The notes below the pieces were generated by a model, which was not told where the DNA came from, ran no database searches, and saw only the letters and a list, made by a program, of their open reading frames with translations. From assembly GCF_038025025.1 (NCBI RefSeq), contig NW_027117353.1:372001-436000 (forward strand): a stretch of 64,000 nucleotides of DNA, written 5' to 3'. Source of the stretch: Phyllosticta citribraziliensis (Eukaryota). Shown here one piece after another: positions 50,053 to 61,844 of this stretch. Numbering within the stretch: position 1 is the stretch's first letter; every line of letters begins with the position of its first letter. Made by a program: the position numbers and the translations under genes.

Positions 50053-52090
50053 TCACGAGAAGTCCTCTTCTTCTTGCAAAGCAAGGTACCGCTGCACCGT
50101 CTCCGTGGCCAGAAGCTTTTCCTTTTCTTCCTCGAGATCCCCGTACGACCGCTCCAGCAGATCTCTTTCCAGATCCCTGAACCTCATGGCGAGATTCCAG
50201 ACTCCTTGTCTTACCAACTCTCCGTCTTTATCTACACCCCTGACATCGTTCTCAGAGCTGTGCAAAACACGAAGCTGTGACTCAACTCTGTCTTGTATCA
50301 ATGCCACGGCCCGGAGCTGAAAGACTGGCCACAACAGATTGGCTTCGAGTAGCTCTTTGAGTTTGTGTGGCTCCTCGAGCTTCTCCTCTTTCCAAAAGAC
50401 TTGTAGCTCTCTGCCACCGTCGTTGGTCTGCAAGATTTGAAACTCCAGCCCGTCTTCTTCGTTGACAATTACAAGCCAAATGAAGTCGCTCATCCAGCCA
50501 GTGCCCTCGCTTGAGACATTGGGCTCCTCACTGTCAAAGATTTTGAAGCCTGGTGCCGCTTTGTTGATGTGCATCTTGGCAACCTTTAGTGGATCATCTT
50601 GGGGGATTTCCAGATCGAGGAATAGCTCCGTAGCCGAGTTCATGCTGTCCTCGATAAAACCATAGGAGAAGAGCATCTCACAAGCTCCTTTCTTGTCGCC
50701 GTAGCTAGAAAATGTTAGCATGGTTCGCGGACAGAATGTAAATGTCCGTACGTGATTGTAACCTCCTCTCCCTCGTTCACCGTCTTGCCCTCTCTCAAAA
50801 GGAGGACAGCATTTCCCTTTGAGTCCACTTCGTATAGAGCGGCCGTCTCATCTCCACTGGCGTGGTTGGCCATGTCAATCCCCGGGACCATGCTGTCTCC
50901 AATTCCTGGAAACTCGAGCGCACGGGATCGATACATGGCATCGACTTGGAGCCAGTCGTCAAAGGTGAGACCATAAGTGTCGTCGTACCACCAGTCATCA
51001 TTGCACCAGGCAATGCTCTCAGTCAACTTGTGAAGCTTCTCATACTCCTTGTTCAAGCTCTTCAACTTGGCTTCAACCGCTGGTTTGAGCGTCGTCCCAA
51101 TCAACAAGGTGCGTTCCTCCTCGGTCCAAAAGGTAGGGAGGAGCTCTTGAGGGAGAAATTTGACATATCTGGAAATGTCAGTACCTCTGAACATGGTCTG
51201 TTTGATCCCTCATACTCTGTCATTGGATTTTTGACGCCAATCTTGTTGTCTGGACGCGAGATCGAAGACTGATAGAGAAGAAAGACAAGAATGGAAATCC
51301 TGGCAGTCTGGAAACGTGAGCTTGAATGCTATCTGCAACCCCGCAAGACTATCTCAAAGCCCAAATAAATTTGCCGTCTGTTACGCGAGACGAAGTCAGA
51401 CGCCTGCCAGCGACTGGGACATGTTGACGTCGGATCAAGAATTAGGTGCCCCACCTATTCTGTGAGAAGACAATGGACTGCGTGGAATGAAAAGTTTGTG
51501 CTGTCCTCAACCTCTCAGTGTCCGACATCTCACACGACAACCGCCGTCTCAGCGGCAACATCTTCAGTGGGCACGATGAGATGGCAACACATACACCAAG
51601 CTGTTGCGTTGGGTCTTTTCTGCAAAGTTCGACGCTCTGGGATATGATATCGAATCGACAAGCTGCACTCTAACAAGACATGCGGGTCCTTGCAGCGCCG
51701 CGCCGAAAGACGTCTGATTCATCTCGCGTAACAAGGGCAGGATGGCAAGGCGATAGCCGCCCAGACGCATCTTCAACGACGATTGGTGAAGCTTACCATG
51801 CCAAAGTCGCCCAAAACCTCGAGCAGCTGGCGCAAGTGTTTATCCGACTTTGCGTGCAAGCGCACCCCCTCGAGAGAGAGGACAAGATCGCGCGGAATGG
51901 CCATGAGCGGGTCGTTGTTGTCTCCGAGCAAGTCCCGCTCGGCCACAACAGCGGAGCCTCGATGCTCGAGCCCAGGCAGAGGGCCAACAGACACGTTGTT
52001 GAAAGCCAGGCCGTTTAGGTCAGCCCATGGCTTCAGCGCGGTGATGGGGAGGGTGAGCCAGCCCTCTTGTCTGCCACGGCGGATCAACAT
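50053..52090 (-). CDS. SET-domain protein lysine methyltransferase (Rubisco-LSMT/Rkm-like class)
   Basis: Motifs 'WADLNG...GSAVVA', 'LPTFW', 'YRSRALE...MVPGIDMANHAS', 'GEEVTIT/YGDK' and 'MLFSYGF'. Intron 1 is 51308-51796, and two further introns are short. Confidence 0.88.
51371..51748 (-). other. Long-range inverted repeat / structured RNA element within intron 1 of the SET gene
   Basis: 51379-51405 (TGTTACGCGAGACGAAGTCAGACGCCT) is the reverse complement of 51708-51733 apart from two substitutions and a 1-nt indel. Both substitutions give G-U pairs in the minus-strand transcript. Confidence 0.8.
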
Positions 52091-52685
52091 GGCTGCTTGA
52101 CAGGAACCAAAGCAAGCGAGATTGCCTGATTGGGAAATGACCGGCCAGCGGTGAAAATTGAAAGGCGTGTCGGCGGTACAGCAGCGCGGTGGCACAGGCT
52201 GACACGACAGTAGAGAGGCGAAAGGTGGCACGAGCCAGAGGGACACGGGGCTGAGATGGGGACGAATGACGCGGGACGATGACGGTGATGGAGGTTGACT
52301 GGCGTAGCGACGGGGAAGTGTTGGCGGTTGTTGTGGAAAACAATGTCGGCGCCCGTGCACGGCATCTGCGGGGATCGGCGCATTTACCGCCGTAACGGGA
52401 GCTCTGGCCAGTGGCAATGCGCCGTCACGCCGCCGTGGCGCTCATAACAATTGACTAAGCGAGCGATTCTTGCCCGGGCAACCGCAAACCAGGCCATGCC
52501 CAATTCGGACGACGCCAAAACATTGGACTCCCACTCGCCATCGCTACAGCACCAGCTGCTCTCCACCACTATTTTACCACCTCACGCCCACCCACACGCG
52601 CTCCGCCGTCTTCTTCCGTCCCATCACCGCGCCGCCCCTTCCCCTCTGCCGCGATCCATCCGCCTGACCGCGCGCATCGCCCGCC

Positions 52686-54633
52686 ATGCCTTCGAACGCC
52701 TCAATTGAGGAGGATCATCGCAACGGCGCCCAGAGCATCGGCCAGGTTATCGAGTACATCCAGGACCGTCTGTACCTAGCTTCGTATACCCACCCGCCCA
52801 ACGCGCACACGCCGTTTCCCTACCCGGTGTCCAAGGAGCGCAAGTCTCCCAGCAAGCGCTCCTCGCGAGCCCAACAGAGCACCGCTGCCTCCAAGCCCAG
52901 CTCCCCTCCTCCCGTCTACTTTTCCGTCGACCGCCGCCTGCTCTACAATGCCTTCCACGCCGACTTTGGCCCACTCCACATAGGCCACCTCTACCGCTTC
53001 GCCGTGCTGCTCCACGAGGTGCTTGCGGCCCCCAAGAACGAAGACAGGCCCGTCGTATTCTGGTGCCATGCCGACTCGAGGAGTATGCAGCAACCCCGCT
53101 CCCCTAGCATCGTCACTGACCTTCTTAGGCCGCGCAAATGCCGCTTGCTTGCTTGCTTGCTACATGGTGCTCATCCAAAACTGGCCGCCACACCTTGCCC
53201 TTGCGCCAATTGCCCAGATGGATCCGCCGTGCATGCCATTCAGAGATGCCGGATACAGCCAGGCCGACTACATTATCAACATTCAGGACGTCGTCTACGG
53301 CGTGTGGAAAGCGAAGGAGGAAGGTATCTGCAGCCTGCGGGATTTCAGCCTCGAGGAGTATGAAAAGTTTGAGCGCGTGGACATGGGCGACTTCAACTGG
53401 GTGTCGCCCAACTTTCTCGCCTTTGCATCGCCCCAGCACCTTCCAGCCAAGGTGATTCCCACCTCGGACCCGCTTTACGCCCAGGTGCCAAAGACGATTG
53501 CAGAACTTGAAAAGGCCGACATTCCCACTCCGTTCAAGAACGTCCTGGCGCACTTTTCGACGCGCAACATAGGGCTGGTTGTCCGCCTCAACTCGGAGCT
53601 CTACTCGCCAACATACTTTACGGCGCTGGGCATTCAGCACCTGGACATGATTTTTGATGACGGAACTTGCCCTCCTCTCAACCTTGTCCGCAACTTTGTC
53701 AACTTGGCCCACGAGATGATTACGGTGCGGAAGAAGGGCATCGCGGTGCACTGCAAGGCTGGCCTGGGGCGCACGGGATGTCTGATTGGTGCCTACCTGA
53801 TCTACAGGCATGGGTTCACTGCCAACGAAATCATTGCCTTTATGCGATTCATGAGGCCCGGAATGGTCGTTGGCCCTCAACAACACTGGCTCCATCTCAA
53901 CCAGGGCACTTTCAGGGAGTGGTGGTTCGAGGACAGTTGGAAGGAGAAGATGGCGCTTCAACCGGCGACGCCCACCAAGTCGTATAGACAGCGCTTGGCC
54001 AGCAACGGACAAACCTTTACGCCTCCCAACGGCAGCCAGAAGCGCGCGGCGCTTGGCGAAATCAATACCAACGATCACCGCGTAACGTCTGCATCCCTGG
54101 GAACCACAGTTCATGACGACAATCTCCCTGCGCCTACTCCTGGGCAGCCCCGCAAGACTAGCAAGATTTACGGGCCTGCAAGCCGTCACCAGTCGCCGTG
54201 TCGCGGGCATGAGAATGAGCCGTACATAATGCCAGACTCTGAAGTCATCAACGTGCGCCGCGCGTCTGCCGTCGAGCCTGAGTCGGACGAGGAATATCAG
54301 CTTCGCATGCTGGCCAAGCGTGCTGCCTCCCGCTCCCCCAACTCCAAGACCCCAACGAGCAACAGCAAGAGGCGAGCCGTTAGCTGCACGACAACCACCA
54401 TGTCCACGACGACTACGACGTGGAATGGAGGCGAGAGTGATGTTGAGAACCGCGTCGGAAAACCCAAGACGCCCTTGGGCAAAACTGGCAGCGGTGCTGG
54501 CGCAATCAGCGTCTCCAAGACCAGGGGAAGCCCCACCAGACGAAGCACTGATGGCAAGACGAGCGGCGTGAGGAAGACTAGCGGCAGGGTCGGGAGCGTG
54601 GGCAGCGCGAGCACAAGGGCCAAAAATGTCTGA
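52686..54633 (+). CDS. CDC14: Dual-specificity phosphatase Cdc14
   Basis: Motifs 'IEYIQDRLY', 'FHADFGPLHIGHLYRF', 'RANAACL', 'HCKAGLGRTG' and 'RFMRPGMVVGPQQHWL'. Intron 53083-53128. Confidence 0.96.
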
Positions 54634-55879
54634 TCCGCAATGGCGTCTTGGAGACGAGAATTCTTATTGACCAGAGCTCGTCATCTAGAGACCATTGCGC
54701 TTCAGACGTTGGCGTTTGCGACGATCGTGGGTTTGGAGATCCAAGGGTGGCGAGTTGCAGTTCGGTTCCTCTTCTACTTTTTACGGATCTTCGTCCCGCC
54801 GTCATGACCACCGCCCGGAAGGTTGTTTATGTCTTTGTACAGCACGACCACAGCAGCAGCAGCAGCAGCGTCATCAACGGCACCAAAACCACGACTTTTA
54901 CGACAGCGGTCCTTTTCTTCATCGTCCTGTTTATCGTCGCCGTTCTGTTTCTTCTTCTCGCATGGGGTTGCTATCGCAGCGATCCAGCTTTCGATGAGCG
55001 TTCTCGTTTTGAATCCTGCTTTGTTGCGTCACGCAAAGGATGATTGACGACGACTGCCTGTGGAGGGCTAGGCTACATGGCATGATGTTTTGGGGCCATG
55101 TCGGGCAGTTGAGGATGTTTTTGATGGGATGGATGGCTATTTGCTGGGTGTCTCTAGGGGGGCTGCTTTGTACACTTGGCTACTGGTGCTGTCCAAATCG
55201 GGCTGGGTTGTTGGGTTGGGTTTCCATCCTGCTCTTGGGATGACGCATGCAGGCTACAGCTGTCATCCTCTTCCCCGGCTGTCGATGACGGCCTTGCTTC
55301 TCAACAACCCACAAGGTCTCTGTTTTATTCTTTTCTCTTTCACGACTCTCGTCTCGTCGGTCGGTTCGTCAGTAGGGTGGGCGTCAGGAAGGGAAGGAGA
55401 ATGGGGGGTTTTATTCTTTCCTCTCGTATGCTGATTTCTCTCACGGCTCGTCGTCGTCGTCTGTTTGGCGTTGTCTTTTGTTCTTTCGTCTAATTTCTTT
55501 GGGCGTTTTGAGCGCTTAGGTTTCTGGTCAACGGATGGATGGAAGGATGGGTGGACGGCCGGACAGGATGGACGGATATTTGAAGGGGCGGGTTAATATG
55601 GCCTCGAACCTCGAATTCGAGCTCGAGGCCGCAGCCCAAGACTCTTTATTTCTCGTTTGAATGGCCAAAAAAGTTCAGATTATCGTTGTTGATTCTGATG
55701 GTGTGGATTGCGACTGGCCGAGAGCATCGTTGCTGTTGACGGTGTTTGTGATGAGTCTGTTGATGCCGCTCCATGGTCGAGGTCTACTCTGAGCGGAGCA
55801 GTGCTTCTAGTTCACCTCGTGTTGCTGCCACGTCTGCCACCGATAATGGCCCCAGCGTCTCCTTCCCTCCCTCCTGACC

Positions 55880-55888
55880 TATATAAAC
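55880..55888 (+). promoter_or_regulatory. TATA box upstream of the U2-like RNA gene
   Basis: TATATAAAC followed by a pyrimidine-rich tract, about 45 nt before the U2-like 5' end. Confidence 0.55.
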
Positions 55889-55926
55889 CCACTCCCCGCC
55901 CGCAATCCCCATCTCCTCTCCTCTCC

Positions 55927-56122
55927 ACGCTCTCTTCGCAACTCCGCTTAGATCAATTGTAGTATCTGCTCTTGTAAGTGCAGCTTAATCAGTGAAACGG
56001 ATCCTTTGGACCCTGCTTGATCAGCCTTTTTTGGAGCTGGGATTGCCAGGCGCCGTTGGACATGCTCATGCGCTTTGTGGTCATGGTGTCGTCCCTGTTG
56101 CCCTGCTGGGTGGGTGATGCGA
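55927..56122 (+). ncRNA. Divergent U2 snRNA variant or pseudogene (~195 nt)
   Basis: ACGCTCTCTTCGC-AACTCC-GCTTAGATCAATTGTAGTATCTGCTCTT matches the fungal U2 5' end (CTCTCTTTGCCTTTTGGCTTAGATCAAGTGTAGTATCTGTTCTT, recalled from memory), including the branch-recognition GTAGTA. It continues with a TTAATC stem-IIa loop, a small IIb hairpin, a U6-GG Sm-like site and two 3' hairpins. Confidence 0.75.
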
Positions 56123-56753
56123 AGGGGGGTGTGGAGGATGGGATGGGGATGGGCTTGCTTTAGGTGCACTGGGTTGTTGAGGAGGTGAGGTGAAGAGAAG
56201 GCGATGCGGGCTAGGATGGGACGGGATGGGAGGATGCTTGTCTCGTTTCTCGAGGCTCTTGCTGTATATAATGAATGGTCAAGAACACAACGTCGTGGTC
56301 GTCGTCCCATTTACATATCATGTGCATGTAGGTCTGACAGACTGCCGTGGGGATCCCCCGCCAGCAGACCATTGGCAGACGTCGTTTCTAATGGGCGCGC
56401 GCGATTGGCCGGCGCCCGTGGTTGTCGACCGGACGGCCAGGCACCCTGGTGGCTTCGCCCTCACCGCCCGACCGCACCGCCGCGCCCCATTCGCTCACCC
56501 ACCCTCTCTGTGTGTGTACGGACGGACTCCAGCTCCATCTCTCCGCTGCCTCCCTCGACAACCCACCTTTTACTCCACGCCCGCACCCGATTGACACCGC
56601 AAACGCCCCGAACCCGAACCTCCGCATCAACACCACCACCGCACCCAGCTCACGCTCAGACCACCACCTCTAACACTACGCACGCCTCGTCGCCCGACAA
56701 CCTACAACGCTACACTGTAGCTACCACGTTGTTAGCTGGATACGAGCAGCAGC

Positions 56754-57349
56754 ATGACGATTGCGGAGAAGATCAAGGACGCGGTTGGGCTGGGCGGCGC
56801 CGCCGGTGAGTCTGTCTGTCTGGGTTGTTGGAGCGATGCTCCTGTCTGCCTGTCCACCTGTGCCATCTATCTCTCTGTCGCTACCTCCACACATCTACGC
56901 ATCTATTCGTCGTCAATGCCAATTGGGCAGCCCTCTCCCCCTCTCCCCCCTCCATCCCTCACCACACGAACGACACCACGCGTCTCTGAACGCCAGCTAA
57001 CAAGAACGACAACAGGCCCCGCATCCCGCGACGACATGGCCGCCGCCAAGCTGCCGCTCGCCTACCGCGACGGCTGCGCGCACCTGCTCATCCCGCTGAA
57101 CCGCTGCCGCGTCGACGAGTACTACTTGCCATGGAAGTGCGAGGTGCGTAACAATTTGGGGTTGGGGTTGGGGTTGGGGGGGCAGTGGAGAGAGAGAGGG
57201 AGAGGGGAGAGGGAGGGTCGCGCTAACGCCGTGCCCACGCGCAGAACGAACGCCACTCGTATGAAAAGTGCCAGTACGACGAGTTTAAGAAGCGGGTTGC
57301 GAAGATGGACGAGCTGAAGCGGGAGAAGGAGTATACGCGGAGCAATTGA
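56754..57349 (+). CDS. NDUFB7: NADH:ubiquinone oxidoreductase B18 subunit (NDUFB7)
   Basis: Exons 56754-56805, 57016-57143 and 57245-57349. Twin CX9C motif 'LPLAYRDGCAHLLIPLNRCR...LPWKCENERHSYEKCQYDEFKKRV'. Confidence 0.93.
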
Positions 57350-57933
57350 TTGGGTGGCTGCGTTGCGCTGCGCAGGGAGAAGAGATGTGTGGAGAGATGG
57401 GCTAGACTGGGAGGGCCAGGAGAGAGATGAGTGAATGCATGCTTTGAGCTCTGTTGCGTGCCTCTGCCAATCTGCCTACCTAGGTACCTACTAGTGTCTC
57501 TCTCTGAGCACGCCTCGTCTCGTTGTCTTCCTACTATGGCGGTGGTGTGGACGTGTGGATAGAGTGGCCTGGCCTGAGACGCCGATGTGCACATTGAAGT
57601 GGCTTCAAGCTTCTCATGCGAGGAACGAGCCGATAAACAACAGACAGTTGAAGGTAATGCTGTGCTCTGCCATGCTACATACGCTACGCTGGGCCATGCA
57701 CCTTGTGCTAGCTACCTTATTGGATGTCTGTTGACACCTGACTATGCAGGTACTGTTCTCATGTTGAATTTCTGTCAGAGCTGAAGTGGCCGCCCGCCTG
57801 CCCATCCGTCTATCTATTGGATCCAACCTCGCCCATCTGCTGCTTCGCTGGTACGCAATAATGCATGCAATGCTCCCACTACATGTACCTTCGCCGTAGC
57901 GCTTGCTCACAACCGTTCCGATGCGTCGTCCTC

Positions 57934-60281
57934 CTACCTCCTCTCCCCAAACATATCCTTCGCCACCGGATCGCGGCCATCGCTCGTCGTGATGCCCTCG
58001 ACCGCCTTGACCAAGTCCCACTGCACGTCGTCGCCAACGACGCTGTCCTTCTCGTACGCCGGGTGGCGCTGGACAAAGTGCCGGATCCAGCGCGCCGCCG
58101 TCCACAGCGACCCGTCGGCGCGGCGCCGGATCAGGTCGAGGTAGCGCGCCAGCTCGCAGCGCGTCTCGACGTCGACGTTCATGCTGTCCAGGTACGACTC
58201 GACCAGCGGGATCAGCCCCGGGAAGCCCGCCGTCGACGCCGACCCGTTGATGATCTCGTCGACGCTCATGGCCGCGTATTCGTCCTCGACCGGGCCCAGC
58301 GGCGGCGGCGGTGGCGGCGTCGTTTCGCGCGTCGCCGGCGTGTTGCGCCCGTTGCTGGCGGCCGCTGTCGTTGCGGGCCGCGGCGAAAACGGGTCCTTGC
58401 GGAACCAGAACTTCTGCGTGTTGACGGCGTCGCGGGCGTGCGCCGTCTCCATGTTGTCGGCGACGCGCGCAATCGGAATGTACAGGTTGAGGTCGAACGA
58501 CAGGATGGCGCGCGTGATGAGCACGATGAAGATGCAAAAGGCGGCGTTCTCAAAGTCCGTCATCTGGATCTCCATGGGGCGGAACTCGACGCGCCACCCC
58601 GTGTCGTTGCCCGGCGGCGGCGGCTTGAACCGCATGTGCTGCCAGTTGGTGCTCTGCAGGTTCTCAAAGTGGTCGACCTTGGTCAGGTCGAGCTCCTGCA
58701 GGTCCTCGGCGAAGACGACGATGGGGTCGCGGATGAACAGGTGCGCAAAGTGCGTCGCCAGCAGGTCGTCCATGCCCCCCTCCATCAGACGCGCCTTGAG
58801 CGCAGGGTCAAACACTAGCTCCGGATCCAGGTACTCCTTGCGCAAGCGCGCGTCCTGCGAAATGTACGTCGAGTTGGACGCATAACGTGACTTTGGGATG
58901 CGCCAACGGTCGTTCTCGAGCGGCTACACACGCCGATAGGTTAGCCCAAGTCTAATTTCTGCAATCTCCGACGTTGCGCCTACTTTTTCTCCAAGCTCCT
59001 CTGGCGTCCTATCGTCGACCGACCGGCTTATCTGATTCCACCGCGCATCCGTGTCCGCAAGGAAGCCCTTATAGATGGGTGTCGCGGCCGTCAGGGCCAG
59101 CATGATTGGCGCCAGCGGGCTCAGCTGGTCGTACATTTTGCGGCCCTCTTCAATGTTTTTGGCCTGAAACGTGATTTGCACGCAGCAGCTGCCCATGCCG
59201 AATGCCATGGCGTCCATGTAGATGTGATTGTCCTTGGCGGCGCCATTGCGCACGTCGTCGTCCTCGGGCCAGTTGTGCAAGTCGTAGTCGACGGTGGGGT
59301 CTTTGAAGGGCCACGGGGTGCGCTCGTCGCGGAAGACGGGCACGTTGATCTCGACCTTGCGGCCTCTTCTGGCGCGAATGTTTGCTGCAAGGGTGGGGAA
59401 TCGGATGTGCGGGTTAGCAATCTCGTCTGGCAGGAACTGGGAGCGCAGCTTGGGGCCCGAGGGAGGGTAGGGAGGCGAGATGCAGTCGGGGGATCCGAGC
59501 CGCGGAAAGGTCGTCATGGTGATGGGGAATTCGTTTGGGGCCATGTGCTCCTTTGCAATGACGCGCCTGCGGGTTTCAGCTTCTTCGGGCGGTTGCATGA
59601 CACGGCCATGACGACAACGGACCTCCATTTCATGTTTTGCTCAACGTCGAGCAAGTCCTTGAAACCAATGCCCCAGGGCTTGCCGGGCGTAGCTTCGAGC
59701 ATGAAGCGGCCGAACTCGGGGTGGAACACTGGCGCAGCGATTTCGCTCTTCCTGCGGCCAGGGTCAGCATTGGACGTGGCGTGCCTCGGTGAGGTGGGTG
59801 GTGGTACTTGGGGTCGCCGCGCTGGACGTCGGGCACGCCGCCGCCCTGGTTGAGCAGCTTCTCATCGTGGGCCAGGGCGTCGAGGATGTCTGCCTGGCGC
59901 AGCGAAAGGCGGACCTTGTTGTGGTCTTGATCGTAGGCGACGACGAGGTACTCGATCTACATACACGACACGAGCTTCAGCGCTGCACGGCGGGAGATGT
60001 GCGACGCGGGCACCCTACCTCGTCACCCCACAGCATGGCGTCGCGCTCCTTGGCCTTTGCGCGGCGCCATATGGCGAGCAGTTGCTGCGGTTGGTTGGTT
60101 AGCAGCACGAATTGCGGCGAGAGAGAGATGCAATACTTCGATGCCCCATTGTCGGACCTGGCCAGCGACCTTTTTGGCTTCGGGCCAGTCGAGCGGGGTG
60201 CCCAGGGCTCTTTTCAAGTCAGGGTCAGTTGGGGCCGGCGGGCAAGGTGGTGTTGGCGTTGGGGTCATACAGCAAGCCCAT
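57934..60281 (-). CDS. GSH1: Glutamate-cysteine ligase catalytic subunit (gamma-glutamylcysteine synthetase)
   Basis: Motifs 'MGLL/ALGTPLDW', 'MLWGDE', 'FHPEFGRFMLEATPGKP', 'IYMDAMAFGMGSCC' and 'HFENLQSTNWQHMRFKPPP...GWRVEFRPME'. Multiple short introns. Confidence 0.96.
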
Positions 60282-61844
60282 GCTTGTCCGACGTCAGAGG
60301 GTCGGAGATGAGGAGCAACGTGGGCTGTGGGGTGTCGGTGTGGCTGGTGGGGGAAGCGAAGGGATGCAAAGGAGATGAGCAGGAGAGAGGATTGATGTGA
60401 AGCTGGAGCTTGAGCGGCAAGGCAGGGCAGGGACGCGCCGAACCGCCAGCCGAGAGATGAGAGGCTCTGACGAATTGCAGCGTGACGATAATTTTGTAGG
60501 TGGTAGATGCTGATAAATCGGCCAGGCATGTACACCGGCAGACAGATGCGGCACGGGCTCCGCAGCGGGTCGGAGTCGGCCAGTTTCAACGGTTCAGTGC
60601 AGATGATGGGTAGGCATTCGGACGCGTGGAGGAGAGCGCGTCGTCATGTGTGTTCTAGATTTGCTCGAGTGTTGGCTGGGCGTTGCCCTGAGCTGGGAAC
60701 AGAGAGTCAAAGGGTGAAACGGCGCGTTGGCGACAGCGAAAAGGCAGTTCAGTCCCGGCCGGGCTGATTGCGCGCTCTGGCCGCTCAGGGGTCCTTTTGT
60801 CCGTCTTTTTTTTCTTCTTTGCTTGCGACAAGCGAGCAGTGCAGATGCAGATCCAGGTCACGGTGGCGAATCAATAGCCGTCGAGCACAATGGGAGGCTT
60901 TCGCTTTGTGCCGCCGAGTCAGGATTGGCTCGTTGTAGGCGCTGAGGGGAGTCTGGCCTGGCGTTGGGTCTGGCGAGGCCGAGACTGGGAGGGGTGTTCT
61001 GAATGCGTCAAAGGGCCAAAGGGTCAAAGGTGTCAAGAGTGTCAAGAGGTTAGATGGCAGAGGCGTACCAAGGTAGAGAGCAGCCGTCGTATATCTGATC
61101 TGCCTTCGCCCTGAGTTGTTCGGTCGACCTGACCATCGTGGGAGCACGGACCACTGAGCGCACCGGGGCCCCTGTCTGCCAATAATACCTTGGTTCCTCT
61201 CGCTCTCGCTCTCTTTCATCAGCCCGCCGCCATCCACCCACGCCCACGCCCACGCCCGCCCACCTTCTCTTTGCTCCTGTCCCTCTTCTCACCCTCCGTC
61301 TCTTCCTCTACCTCCACCTCCACCTCCGCCTCCACAAACCTCTCCTCCGCTCCGCCTCCAATTCTCTCCTCCTCCTTTCTCTTCGACCCTGTGTGCCTTC
61401 TGCTTCTTTACACACATTTGCCGCCTTGGGCTCTTGCCTCGCACATCATCATCATACTTAGCCGCGTCGTCGCTCCAGTCACGTCTCCGAGACTCCACAC
61501 CAGTCAGCCTCTCCACGTCGCTCCCTCGTGCTTCTTTGCAGAGCAACCAGCACCCATTCGAGTCCTCTGCTTCCGCCCGCCCGCCCGCCAGATACCCAGG
61601 CCTTTAGACCACCGCTTTTTCATTCTCTTCGCCCGACTTCCACTTCACATCTTCGCTGTACGGTATTCGCCTTGAGCATCGCTTGCTTGCTTGCTTCCGC
61701 CTCCCCGCGACCCATCCGCCCAATCCACCACTCGACACCCCGACTACTTCGACCATTGTAATCCCTAATTCTGTCCGGTCGCATCCGCTTCCACTCTTCG
61801 ATTTCTCTCCACCAACCACCTACCTACCTAGTCTGTTCGTCGTA

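Noticed and set aside
54648..55493. Hydrophobic ORFs downstream of CDC14 resembling small membrane proteins
   Set aside because: They start at non-ATG codons and their hydrophobicity comes from T-rich 3'-UTR-like sequence.
55748..55792. GTGATGA...CTGA as a box C/D snoRNA
   Set aside because: Only about 45 nt separate the boxes, and I saw no terminal stem or recognisable rRNA guide.
57156..57182. TTGGGG repeats as an interstitial telomere
   Set aside because: Filamentous ascomycete telomeres are typically TTAGGG. There are only four units and they lie inside an intron.
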